From assembly GCA_964410905.1 (NCBI GenBank), contig CAYPIR010000007.1, positions 11,773 to 75,772 on the forward strand: 64,000 nt of DNA, read 5' to 3'. The translations under genes were made by a program, and so were the position numbers. The notes beneath the pieces are model-generated. The model saw nothing but the letters and a program-made list of their open reading frames with translations, was not told the origin of the DNA and ran no database searches. Shown here piece by piece: positions 57,001-60,065 of the stretch. Numbering within the stretch: the stretch's first letter is position 1; every line of letters starts with the position of its first letter. The DNA is from an uncultured bacterium (lineage in GTDB: Bacteria; Omnitrophota; Omnitrophia; Omnitrophales; Aquincolibacteriaceae).

Positions 57001-59689
57001 ATATGTTTCAAGTGCGCTTAAGCAGATACCTGTAATTATCATTGAGTTGCTTCAAATAATAAGCGGATCTGTATTGTTTAATTTTATTTATAATTTAGGC
57101 TCTTTGTCCTCTTCTAAGAGCAAATGGCGTAAATTTTTTGATAAAGTTGAACCTTTAAAACATGGACTAATTGGACTTTTTATTAAAACCCCTGTTCAAA
57201 AACGTGAAATGGATTTTGAACGTGAAAGGCTTGTTGCCCCGGCTCCTCCGGCGGGTATCCCAGAACAAAAAACGAAAGCCTATAAAGACTATTTGGATAA
57301 CCAAACAACAAGACATGGTCTTGCTTTAGGTTATTCCTTTTTGATTTTGTTTTTGACTCAACTGGGAATAGCGATACCTTTTTGGAGTATTGTTCTTCCT
57401 GTTGTCTACTTTACCATGATTTTGCCGGGTTTTTATGGAAGTAAAATTCATAGTGAGTTTGCACGAACTGTTATTTCAAAAGATGGTTATGATGTAAGCA
57501 AAGAAAGATTTAAACCATCGGAGGAAAATGTGGAGCACAATTATCGATACTTTGCTGAAAAATATAGGGCTTATGCAAATCATGTTATTTTTTCATCGTT
57601 ATTGGTTGTGCTTGTTGGATTTTTTGCTTCCGACCTTGCGTTGTTTTTAAATCCTGCATTTGTCTTTTTATCAACTATTTTGGCGTTGTATGGTTTTGGC
57701 CGTCCTTTTGTGTCGCAATGGACTGGAACAATATTTAAGACTAGAGCTGTTGCGCGGACGGCTTTGGCTGTGGAAGGGACGCTTATAATAGTGCTTTTCT
57801 TGAGTGCTATTTACATACCTTTGTTTAATGTTATTTTTCAAAAAATATTTGGTATGGCTTTGGCTAAATCGGCATTTTTGGGCGGGTCGGGATATTTTAT
57901 GGAAGGTATGAAGGGTTTCTTTGGGCTTGCTTCTGCTGGTTTTAGCCATTGGTGGATGGCGATACAATCTGCTTCTTTGTTGGGAACTTTGAGTGCTATA
58001 GGCTTGGGCGTTATCTCATCTGTTGCAAGATTTTTAGGATTTGAATATTCCGAAGATGCTGGGAGAGAAACGTGGAGTAAAAGGCTAACAGGAAATTGGG
58101 AAAAACTTTTTAAAGCGATAAAAGGTCCTTGGAGTAAAAAAACCAGAGCGCAGTTTTGGAAAAATTTTAAAGATAATTTGATTATGTATTTTAAAGCATT
58201 TGGTGCTACTGTAGGCAATAGTCGGGCGAGGAGTTTTAAGAAAATAGACGGTAAAAAGATTGAAAAGAAAACTCCTCCAACACCTATAGCGCCAGCGCCC
58301 TCGGCGGGAGAGCCTATTGCTGTGCCAGCTGAGCAAACGGAAACTCCAACGTCTGCGGAAACACCTGCTGTGCCAGCAGAGCAAACGAATACTCAGGCAG
58401 AGCCTAAACGAACAACAACTATGCAACCAACTCCAACGCCTGCGCCGATGGAAGAAAAAGCCGAACCGGCTTATGCACCTGCTCCAGCTACATCCGAAGA
58501 CGCAGAGACTACATCGACTAAATTAGAAACGCCAATTTCTCTAACCCCTGCACCAGTTGCTCCAGAAGCCCCCGAGGAGACATCGTCGGATGAGGCTGTT
58601 CAGTCGCCGGATTTGATGAATCCATTAACTCTCCCAGAAGCTTCTTTCGGAACAGATCGAAGGATTTTGACTAGATTAAATAATGCTAGATATAAAGTTG
58701 AAGCGACTACGGGCAGCAATGCCGAGATATATGGAGCCGGTGGGAGTTTTGTTGGAGTTAGGTCTAAAATTATCGCTGGCGGTAATTCTACTTTGACCTT
58801 CAGTATTGGAAATCCGTTGTCAAAGCCGCAATACTCGGTTGCGTTAGAACTCGGGTATGTTTATTTGCGACAGGAATTGACTCTTTCAGTGATTTTTACT
58901 GATGAGGGTGGTGAGACTTATTCTCGCGATATTAAAACAACAGCCTCAGCGGGAGAACGCATTTATACGTTTGAGCCTACTTTGAAGAATGTCGCATCGA
59001 TTACAATTGTTAACAAAACCGAAGGTGATTCAGCTTATGCTATCAGATTCGCCGGTGGAATTGCTGGTAATGCGCGAAGTGAATTGAGAGAAACTAAATC
59101 AGCACGTGAAAAAGAGCTTGAGCGTGCGCTTAATTCGACTCGTGCTATGGATTTGGAAATCAAATATAATGAAATTTTGTCTTTGGCAAAAGCTGATGAG
59201 ATCGAACGCTCGCTGACCGGTTGGGCGACTAACGAAAAGATTCTTGTTTCGCTGGGCTTACCGTCAACTTTTATTAGAACGAACAATATAAAGATTTTCG
59301 ATGGATTTAACACGGAAAAGTTGGAAGCGTATTTATCGAGCGCTAGTAGAGATGTGCGGGTTATAGTTGCTAACGCCAGCCTTGAAGATGTGGAGATTGC
59401 TAATGCCATATTCGCAAAGTTTGGCATTCCTAAGGGCTATGGCGTGGCAACATCTGATTCTGTTGAGACAGTTATGACTAAACGCGCTTTGAATGTTGCG
59501 AACGCAATTCAAATTAGGGATACGGCTTCGCTCCCTGCGGGTGTTTACGCCAAGTTGCTGGCAGAGATACCGGGCTTGGTGGTTGTGTCAGACAATAATG
59601 TGGGAATTGCAAGCGCGAATCAAATTAGCGCCGTAGAAGTTATTGTCGCCGCGTTCGAGGCTCAACAAGCGGTTGCGATCGCTGCGTAA
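36035..59689 (+). CDS. Giant 7,884-aa multidomain envelope protein. It contains an N-terminal signal/TM segment, a SecA-like ATPase core and three multi-TM clusters. It also has a ~4,000-aa alpha-helical region with TolC/OEP-like segments, a Pro/Thr-rich linker and a beta-rich C-terminal domain.
   Basis: 23,655 nt with no in-frame stop. All overlapping antisense ORFs are short. A rho-independent terminator follows at 59726-59757. The domain evidence is given in the sub-features. Confidence 0.85.
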   Translation: MINAQTGKLKSWIRTIAFFTVFIFTFTSVVWDGGINKAYAAAAQPRLDSRVSTTVLTSIIDRSDLPETYGTIKNSYRGAGDQVFIHVQDAHINEEAQLNIANILKWFSEKHQMRLVNIEGAEGELNAKTLTAISDKAARKDVSGYFLREGRMAGADYFAIVDKPELTLYGAEDNELYEENRKAYVNALEFKDKDEKVLSSLRSIMEKVGRFIFSDEARELYRRRVDFQDGGAQLVAYVRYLVSIAEKNQMDLSAYSGMKSLLQLVDLEKKVNFDKAESEVDRLVEHLKKTLQSDKLSRFLTNTVHFRMKRMNRADYYSYLQSEIDGLIDAETVKTQYLNAIAYIEYMKLYDLIGIAIFDEIEFLERTIKAKILTTPEAQKLDQLYRVWDIMQKMFDFSLTKQDAEYFYSNQTAFSSNNFVEFLTPLMKEHRFSDSIPANASILDTDLSKVEKFYQLALERDIVIIERAIEKTMRSGQKVSAIVTGGFHTPGIEAALKEKGFSYLVVTPRISKSIDQKKESKLYDEALRQTPLPIEKVLSETLTLQSGTVNDPRFQLSAKHFLDVPEMVDQAATLMAAKSILNAVAEGKSPAARLEELRRTAADANSPKLMKILNSFEVGTINGKQVPVYPNINGTYLAFFSETTKPSEVSPKYRSSIQNLKLSDDSFLSMRVVAPEQISGISRSETRQLTDGTSALKLDAFEAEGIKVEAGKIERGVFQKELIAKSGYAGYGFVVPDLTRASDKALRDISAAFSDSKINDKLKAVSSAFSEAGVDPIAVSSQAVLRLLSENTADEIAQKVSLLRLLNRSITTSNVGYSVEKLQELAAEAQAQKQAAQETAVAELAKTKVEVPTVAGGVSAEMIEQRINAFLGKYKTRNVNGKEIENSEKVLNIMRLALRGIFADPKNSENNAAANSVFTRFEEQIKVARDITEESLNQVTMGAGKTTILQLGLQYLYDKGFKQSEGKGVVLVTANDKLSERDAEKSAAMFGGQGIIVGSVSKDESGKPIGHIYDLKTKTFKTTTAEDVYKNTDFIFGSMETFQFRAIEERKALNEKDRIFTSREFAHLLDEADAQLDNNNPAIISGGIKEDAEEIRARTIKANAFVKGIFFSGVNDGFVDVSEAKNQSRSVKLTEKGVAKLRASFPNLSESEFDLLKESVNTSLTVYFAYEEGVDYVVKTTTAATEDGKASKKVEIVLLSEGQERPGTRLQGGLHSAIEAKHMQSESDVQLEHDIEGSITVPEYLSLPHVKGWGGVSGTYDKPQMEAKYGKVVKESALKSKRGEEGAIFATEQEKTDAFLADALARHRAGHPIIIKVAEGKTAETAKQIRDYFAKNGEKVDEEAVGIFDATSRTDLKEFEATAGKKGAISVVTQIGARGVDVKVENGKTIEEMLDEAIDKVQAEITRQNLVFTGYALYIDDKEALDIQFRGRVGRANDEGLFRAFWSADDPIFNKYKELAGVQAVLADIKNALRSGKTLTSEQAFKLISTLQTAVSDQEISSWKSNKLFGEEKNARLKEFTAIREAILKGEFNSPIVQNIFPGLSEFAASLNDANKEKLRIGLLKLMDKAWSKYETKSEESRVALTRILQSGWQGVAAQKDAVESFQKVMRGVYQGIVLELQKQIAGISAESRSEAEEVIRRIDFAARWKSFGNKLLAYVYGGAVVGAVAVVIAKVMAFVSVTGKIGGGAAALASLTDTLAPVMNLLPGWAWIGIALFAAMGTFAIAQTLLKRFQQSYRGTKNIALLLSGQAVSEERASAGLSVLVQPLTMIVSITPIGVVLTGVAAIAAPALAPLLWTIAAISAVAALVAAGLIVAVNYSKHIKDAARPTDTAMGRIGRASFVGLALMTGLVTVFKPIILTGAAASFTTIFGAVAILAVIAFSGYWVMKGFDSAYGKEFAGLQHNIKLNQIGAAVGVSLAIFAGAIAFAVGSTAIALTVLMSLGSILFAAVSILQIIAAPGITKKIAEQKSAAKGERFGKRDAFGELFEFVVVNARSIILGLGGIVGLVFTATNLALPITLAYTGLAGAAATVVTAAGVTLILAVVISLVFMGIAKYRNGLLERKAKGEIFTNKIEKVFSTDSKKIVGVVLGLVGISAAMPSLAAGAQYVQQSATAEYTSVTTTSESASVTEQYLETGKTSLPQGITVSVAEKTVAQKPVTASQLEDTEKKAETPVVAAPAHDVSKDVVAPPPPREDFTITMDKTSFGPAGIAWKVSRDGTTAADNEENLIEAVRNAEKDASIASAQADLNAFIYRVVQAFDTGAQGKSEEDQKRITNAKAEFLEEATNGLAQVSENPLDLNDVVANLDALSHRLFDLAGLDRDDARIRQSIAEDQAQTRAELMEDALRLSESQAEKDAAVAVEEPVVMTEALAAAWEDYEKFKADTIENLINTEDAERLNAFNDRADELEKNVVTVEDLHLAQLELDQIATIFEDAGGDVIGEAASGAGDGAGTPPPPPTSEYGPVVPLLADMLPVTVPRPAAEGSAAGTAGAAAGAARVVADKLVQVDAKRVAKDVSVSGPVAFSKEIIRRTIAGDQLHEPMGLSVATILFAEDHQAPHVIAMAQEAENYKDYSEDYKSWGTFLTAGVRSVLTKHEETKTYKTQTIEKGERLVDIDDEYDFGLGLTELETYSYMKTNVSSVTSKVEEPFVASASAGIKTGSAEIKEDKLKKLQVEQTRLSAKHAYIEQQMDKLFHMVEIVTANRSLETIQENEKLLRELKRKQEKLSGISAEVKARSKSLDVALDGLEVAKNDIAKERDRHAAHIAYLSGRADISNSEDFMKFVNGLTFKKIEEDISGSHLPTDMARVVVQSARNYVLMRVAEQDKIAGLSWQLTTPEIGVSYGSEYGWNLRANLFTFDAQWSYRDFQKNKAKIFKSEAAAADVLSRLLDEVEKAQLDRSRIDDVRKSIEELKAQKDAQQAIVESLFSDPTGKSIRDEDSNAALVKLLKIQRLLIAAEGDAYQRNVAAQELDTVIRNVSQAINELSVKFPKVAKQLDVKAKLERLQEAARQTAKERNLELAQTADALYRKYKDLDNRVHIDAFVDGLLAGNTRIAAGQFASIARRADYVRSEYFRVFGYANAGVSVSLSDTGVKTKTTNIGLGFDIPILDWTRSSEAISKEAAQRASVLTKTDVDMRLHFQTNELLRRIANLTEERQRVEEKIANEESKSKKIEEGIEIRAKEVTDGSDLSQQSKLARQAARLSLLEAQRELAALDENRNAAVMMLRHLTDTHLDSDNVAVLSKEAELKLDDSNYVESLGKFQNPAFGFLSLDGKITQEAVPTIKKMLSVTHSLMSEMTKKLNGLKRANPNYEQKLKELEEERKSLDAEAEQLLKEKPQQKDFENKKDFNKAEKAWEAKRSSYAEKLAKNNKNKLPLSAIRDLEKTLSQFQSAERDLNELSLSPDGDQTDAVRGMLINILNASDSYVTSDYLLHKFFTLGAYDSRDAFYEEIRTLLGIIADKTAVRGIVGRIAANEEAFVKIEEAWNVLKSPLTISLGATFQATWGGNSGTSVSGSFGGVLSHLFYAPASYLGLTSDTRNQIAGELLREGARNVLKTAEAHQKEDVAVRNVQKRIGVLSSRVKLYERLRDEFTKMQTEVARKNKTMGFANLVRKLFLNNRVSEENLNLKVLEYQIRIEKDQASIDALKDELRDTLNNTSEVEGSAGFQEGAAEFAVTEQSIKNQLEELGAQSPEQRLATLDSIVSANTANLSIGGGARFSNAISSAGSSFNRDLGVFYQKLDADSGTPGASGNRYFAMNIDVLSFAGNRSETFALLMVHDESERGTLSREKQAQIQAQALELLRAVYHARVANNVYREISKSAIGIHALERVLNLSRAENAMKAMAASALGNVREIEALETVSSQIARLMAELGLADSDSALKNKEFLSRLNGLVAAAGDDITAESEKLTKLAAELGVNFDLIEGLDLSKTILEENKLTPATYRALLREEIARQFVKTLKNSRFQFTARGGFRQPTRVSDFSAAEPLVEFGVSAIIHDSNVAAAEKFHTKWIEIEKIKSVQAKLKDNKTWKDIARDIKYLSQEIEQRLKTVKDAEELYRIEGGIGRQFGYDDAPNDVVFVYMNELLAYKAAVDSYMSAVQRANSFLIEQGIKVDDTQTSPSSAKVKDMIPAWISDKISFFDTGVEEKYEAGNGLNVDLSTAKVSANTELIIDTRVDESENARVETLYPDISGATAELLKAMGLAPLDGNANSEEKADREDLQIIAQNILGRVAANYGKKDANAWVAEITETYNKLSENKFWDKSEFASQNHRTLGEEVFGNLFRAAFFETGRVNKLLRNANIDLDKLAFAAFLASLDGASATRLSPDERAAFRDAILRDLPAARKALQEDKKNKTGVFRWDAVQFSEILSLAIFHVSDTEAKKMSFEDILKNDEYRRDIFEISPEINFNNVSNAILGFNRGDDSRTTGWEELAAFLAIAQGKYDPNTKTVSRKILDVANPETMANVLAEVGIAKAKDDTTAYLIARMRHNLEKFTNLDPTKDELGETTYNRLVKLVEDEANDLLDKAGVSKDDIKRRRDTVEKMQIEALRFAKAAAYVNNILYGTGFEAGIDRNEWLAKSLDERVSLTEKNMEVSNGLISRGIKNHIGMDKSLTPREQKQAEAIVNGLISSMAFEIMGETGKDIGREGIKRIEELKKEAKELEKKIKEKTLSSSATTATSSVSTATEDGSVETSTLPTTSVTESSSDVDALMARLEQVREKISDFEKNRAKARADYETFRNLPSADRETRLIELQKEMNAIQPRVEKMLGRKLNLGEAADIAILRAQAEMILGDVQSKFMEGGAFGDDEEAWDEWRELTVEKRRQIFTKELDSAAKLKSELQGIGVSFNLSDRDEAGNKMPVEERGEDLGVLLSLAKSVLSDKLSNIGTVFTKDGEIVQGKEGLAWAILTATRDADVQKAADEFLNKTYPRYNTLTPVEKRGRIFSAIEETLADHATSKELSDLDREKSELADLIKSKLLGRVALYEKTGSATVFDRKSFDELKEATTVTDLTETTWKNLLYSISNLPKKSTDTVIAQVEHFGRVDLAKNLSFGDKLNQKPDFWLSDSERTRLIREFKTLSDRNKSSADVLAWATELLKMSLFNGKTVADVNRYAEEMEEVRNFLQAAYKLYSGADLPLGDLSAFANDVITAEMDVRQEQERNNARLGRKLTEAEKLSQQLEVFAVRYRYGHKLKLYGLAEAAYEGREVASNPYKNKNDRVSQIIYWLNYFGKINQGDKWQEVNADWVRQHHNGWSKQQIVGKIERILAEQYEGAPLFELTPESAVNQLYQDVQDEAIMDSVIYITQKHFLSNEKLSALVFAEREGKESIPHFKITNNVMTYAYDVVPFLHSLEDGAWNVSGGYANYLLLKYATQQIWDPDLRALEKPVQVNGKDLVVSVNGIDTPVNLSDLNNVWTSYLSVFRSVSILQEPINEMDSNKVLSSLWFVQQIKQLESDLKAKEAAGEEIAVAVNEFMTGVKRAESVFYQFSKDEDKKKDFINNWAKDFLVDRERRAGQKFERYDLVKIDAEIKHGRKENANKYAADALEKHSQEGIRNAAFIRPMVEIVKKEAKRGFEYEIGKEDAKIIAEKMVDEGWAARELLLLEKVIVPALTEGSSLTIEVRGDIYNVAEILLQKTESEELLKLRGSNPKATIENISLQTLKASIEKRIELYKKVIDLKKIITEQFVKFQVYSNDEKMFKNEIVRISTDAIERGFQTESLRRWFETAETLNMLNPKVDILQTLFVADGLLQLGLATQPREKIIEKHTDAEIAEKINETLGWIFAVSDNTQPMYSLGGKSRTDYENELTLEKYIKNYDSKTRQQIKEDLYARVTSMIKNGSLSFADLENLKKLTIERVAFLVKGDTERKSDTFSAYDLPQPHQVAPLTILSVLDNSAGEPSKRIGILNIIFSSHRGEVKGASWLRFNDFRDPSRLSEQVAGQTGAMVRREFVKLVDIYDPVDAGFQSWFGKNFQKISEASGFSKNSKGEESLAKIVRGALIVGTAFSLYGLLATLIRGRVFAAPKLSGYSKAENDKSKRGGAGTSGDAGASGAGGDGEGKKPVWKQDQSDKNIKLIKTGAILGVVRIYLFKFLQYSAVAGLLLLGLAVMPATVGTFSILFQIMYLLIHWQLFEQAMYAFLAYAFSWTRVFAVVGVLGSIFVGISFALGLPWLSAFGAILMANPITVSLILVWVGFFALVMFLGSSRMPSSGVHWASFDKYIKNAQDIERLFRPELNDERTKLAEEMKAQMDKVGKATDETDKTEAQNKLKELISKFKEITPSLDMNDFLGENERIDADQYVTDFAQSKPNLSVDELDGLMLAQILTLAYNNFKQKKSIIYFMDDLILQYVKAENSVSAEITGDERTQAVKEKLREIISAVVKGDKAFKNKSEEDQKKVIEARFKQITSWVERIKIWQKMADDVLTYENGAEKINGSDRLIVSFSGAGGMRKPVGNVLGINQFTGYGEDGTPGKYWGQISNGGELDPAMLAWQPSHDGKRLHVYGPMYITDVLLKAAKGQTLSGVEKSFIEEVKLAKGLTDEDLTKIVPVTTHDNEPFFTGVMKADGFVAYDSYVAHERPENDKTGLAVLLPKKSDSGEMIPRVIYSTTLDSGNFVNVGMDLLMYKAMIERPDAGMFQMNTGYVTDKSDVHYEEKIISHQSGFGTQISNGKIAGQIRAFGKYSIRTGFGREFGRPRPGVPMGSYFSRVMLYSGILPEIVETFSETETNMNMDDYRKAVYGKMNGGGGWVVIVNGEDEIVTNTASDMYVIAKAISDENVLKRLREKDNVLGRMYFGLKTPVIDDAAVELLEPDIWENLAKGGNPMPMGKPVLLMCKDRAGIIDDTDFNMIAEDGKAAKWGIINDEITDIFRNRGGFALTPQTRFFNDLPKISLTVEKKWMQSLLWWAAMGCVPGLGGITGVLGALLLTAIVLGTLMSAPFIGILQYYWAKTVNVVKEPGKAFKTYILEPIVDILGMFGEKFGNSGPEYVSSALKQIPVIIIELLQIISGSVLFNFIYNLGSLSSSKSKWRKFFDKVEPLKHGLIGLFIKTPVQKREMDFERERLVAPAPPAGIPEQKTKAYKDYLDNQTTRHGLALGYSFLILFLTQLGIAIPFWSIVLPVVYFTMILPGFYGSKIHSEFARTVISKDGYDVSKERFKPSEENVEHNYRYFAEKYRAYANHVIFSSLLVVLVGFFASDLALFLNPAFVFLSTILALYGFGRPFVSQWTGTIFKTRAVARTALAVEGTLIIVLFLSAIYIPLFNVIFQKIFGMALAKSAFLGGSGYFMEGMKGFFGLASAGFSHWWMAIQSASLLGTLSAIGLGVISSVARFLGFEYSEDAGRETWSKRLTGNWEKLFKAIKGPWSKKTRAQFWKNFKDNLIMYFKAFGATVGNSRARSFKKIDGKKIEKKTPPTPIAPAPSAGEPIAVPAEQTETPTSAETPAVPAEQTNTQAEPKRTTTMQPTPTPAPMEEKAEPAYAPAPATSEDAETTSTKLETPISLTPAPVAPEAPEETSSDEAVQSPDLMNPLTLPEASFGTDRRILTRLNNARYKVEATTGSNAEIYGAGGSFVGVRSKIIAGGNSTLTFSIGNPLSKPQYSVALELGYVYLRQELTLSVIFTDEGGETYSRDIKTTASAGERIYTFEPTLKNVASITIVNKTEGDSAYAIRFAGGIAGNARSELRETKSAREKELERALNSTRAMDLEIKYNEILSLAKADEIERSLTGWATNEKILVSLGLPSTFIRTNNIKIFDGFNTEKLEAYLSSASRDVRVIVANASLEDVEIANAIFAKFGIPKGYGVATSDSVETVMTKRALNVANAIQIRDTASLPAGVYAKLLAEIPGLVVVSDNNVGIASANQISAVEVIVAAFEAQQAVAIAA
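38600..40960 (+). other. SecA-like translocase ATPase core (NBD1, PPXD-like insert, NBD2, helical scaffold) embedded in the giant protein.
   Basis: MGAGKTT (SecA: MRTGEGKT). KGVVLVTANDKLSERDAE (SecA: KGVHVVTVNDYLAQRDAE). LLDEADAQLDNNNPAIISG (SecA: [21 protein letters not shown]). EEGVDYVVK...GQERPGTRLQGGLHSAIEAKH (SecA PPXD: [40 protein letters not shown]). TQIGARGVDVK (SecA: TNMAGRGTDI). GRVGRANDEGLFRAFWSADDPIF (SecA: [23 protein letters not shown]). GWQGVAAQKDAVESF (SecA HSD: GYAQKDPKQEY). Confidence 0.8.
41000..42370 (+). other. Polytopic membrane domain (about 10-12 predicted TM helices) immediately C-terminal to the SecA-like core.
   Basis: A continuous run of 18-25-residue hydrophobic segments rich in A/G/V/I/L, separated by short polar loops. 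Confidence 0.6.
44550..46950 (+). other. Alpha-helical region with TolC/OEP-like (outer-membrane-factor-like) repeat segments. Tentative.
   Basis: Gly/Ser/aromatic strand-like segments (GVSYGSEYGWNLRANLFTFDAQWSYRDF; GLGFDIPILDWTRS; TFQATWGGNSGTSVSGSFGGV). Each is followed by long helices with OEP-like text such as GSDLSQQSKLARQAARLSLLEAQRELAALDENRNAAV. Confidence 0.3.
54020..54670 (+). other. Second multi-TM cluster (~6 helices), preceded by a Gly-rich acidic loop.
   Basis: Hydrophobic helices LIVGTAFSLYGLLATLI, AILGVVRIYLFKFLQYSAVAGLLLLGLAV, VFAVVGVLGSIFVGISFALGL and others. Confidence 0.55.
55350..56720 (+). other. Unassigned ~450-aa globular Gly-rich, non-helical domain between TM clusters 2 and 3.
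   Basis: Composition shifts sharply from coiled-coil to a G/P/aromatic-rich sequence (FSGAGGMRKP..., GFGREFGRPRPGVPMGSYF..., NGGGGWVVIVNGEDE...). I recognise no family signature. Confidence 0.4.
56735..58050 (+). other. Third multi-TM cluster (~10 helices).
   Basis: WMQSLLWWAAMGCVPGLGGITGVLGALLLTAIVLGTLM ... through SASLLGTLSAIGLGVISSVARFLGF. Confidence 0.55.
58265..58630 (+). repeat. Low-complexity Pro/Thr/Ala/Glu-rich linker with an imperfect ~27-nt direct repeat (AVPAEQTETP / AVPAEQTNTQ).
   Basis: TGCTGTGCCAGCTGAGCAAACGGAAACTCC at 58319-58348 against TGCTGTGCCAGCAGAGCAAACGAATACTCA at 58367-58396. Translation reads PTPIAPAPSAGEPIAVPAEQTETPTSAETPAVPAEQTNTQAEP... Confidence 0.6.
58650..59689 (+). 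other. Beta-rich C-terminal domain of unknown function, ending in a hydrophobic Ala/Val-rich tail.
   Basis: Alternating polar/hydrophobic strand-like pattern (TLTFSIGNPL..VALELGYVYLRQELTLSVIFTDEGGETYSRDIKTTAS..ITIVNKTEGDSAYAIRFAGG). The terminus is ...VEVIVAAFEAQQAVAIAA. Confidence 0.4.
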
Positions 59690-59725
59690 TTTTAAAGCAG
59701 TATTTTACAACTAGAAAATGCGGAA

Positions 59726-59757
59726 GCGGAGGGCGGAAACGTCCTCCGCTTTTTTTG
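59726..59757 (+). terminator. Rho-independent terminator of the giant gene.
   Basis: GCGGAGG / CCTCCGC 7-bp stem with a 10-nt loop, followed by T7. Confidence 0.75.
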
Positions 59758-59822
59758 TTTTTTAATTCAAGATTTTGTGTATTTTTTCCGTTAATTATGC
59801 AGTCAAAAAGGGAGGAAGTTTT

Positions 59823-60035
59823 ATGATAAATCAAATGGTTGTGTCGCGAGATATTGAATGGATTGGTTATGAAAGAAAACGTAATATGCTTCAAGTTGAA
59901 TTTATTGCAGGACAAATTTATCAGTATGAAAATGTTCCGGAGCTGGTGTATGAAGATTTTTTAGTCGCGCAATCTTACGGAAAATTTTTTGAATCTAATA
60001 TTCGCAACAAATATCAAACCAAAAAAGTCCGCTGA
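59823..60035 (+). CDS. KTSC-domain protein. The start is taken at the internal ATG preceded by AAGGGAGGAAG.
   Basis: IEWIGYERKRNMLQVEFIAGQIYQYENVPELVYEDFLVAQSYGKFFESNIRNKY matches the KTSC consensus (I.A.GYD.....L.V.F..G..Y.Y..VP..VYE....A.S.G.YFN..I...Y). Confidence 0.65.
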   Translation: MINQMVVSRDIEWIGYERKRNMLQVEFIAGQIYQYENVPELVYEDFLVAQSYGKFFESNIRNKYQTKKVR

Positions 60036-60065
60036 AAGAACTGATAAGAAAAGCTGGTGGGAAAA

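Noticed and set aside
36035-59689. Possibility that the giant ORF is really several adjacent genes fused by annotation.
   Set aside because: There are no in-frame stops anywhere. I saw no internal RBS-plus-start signatures at the domain boundaries. The SecA-like scaffold runs directly into the TM domain without a gap. A mis-assembly can only be excluded with read data.
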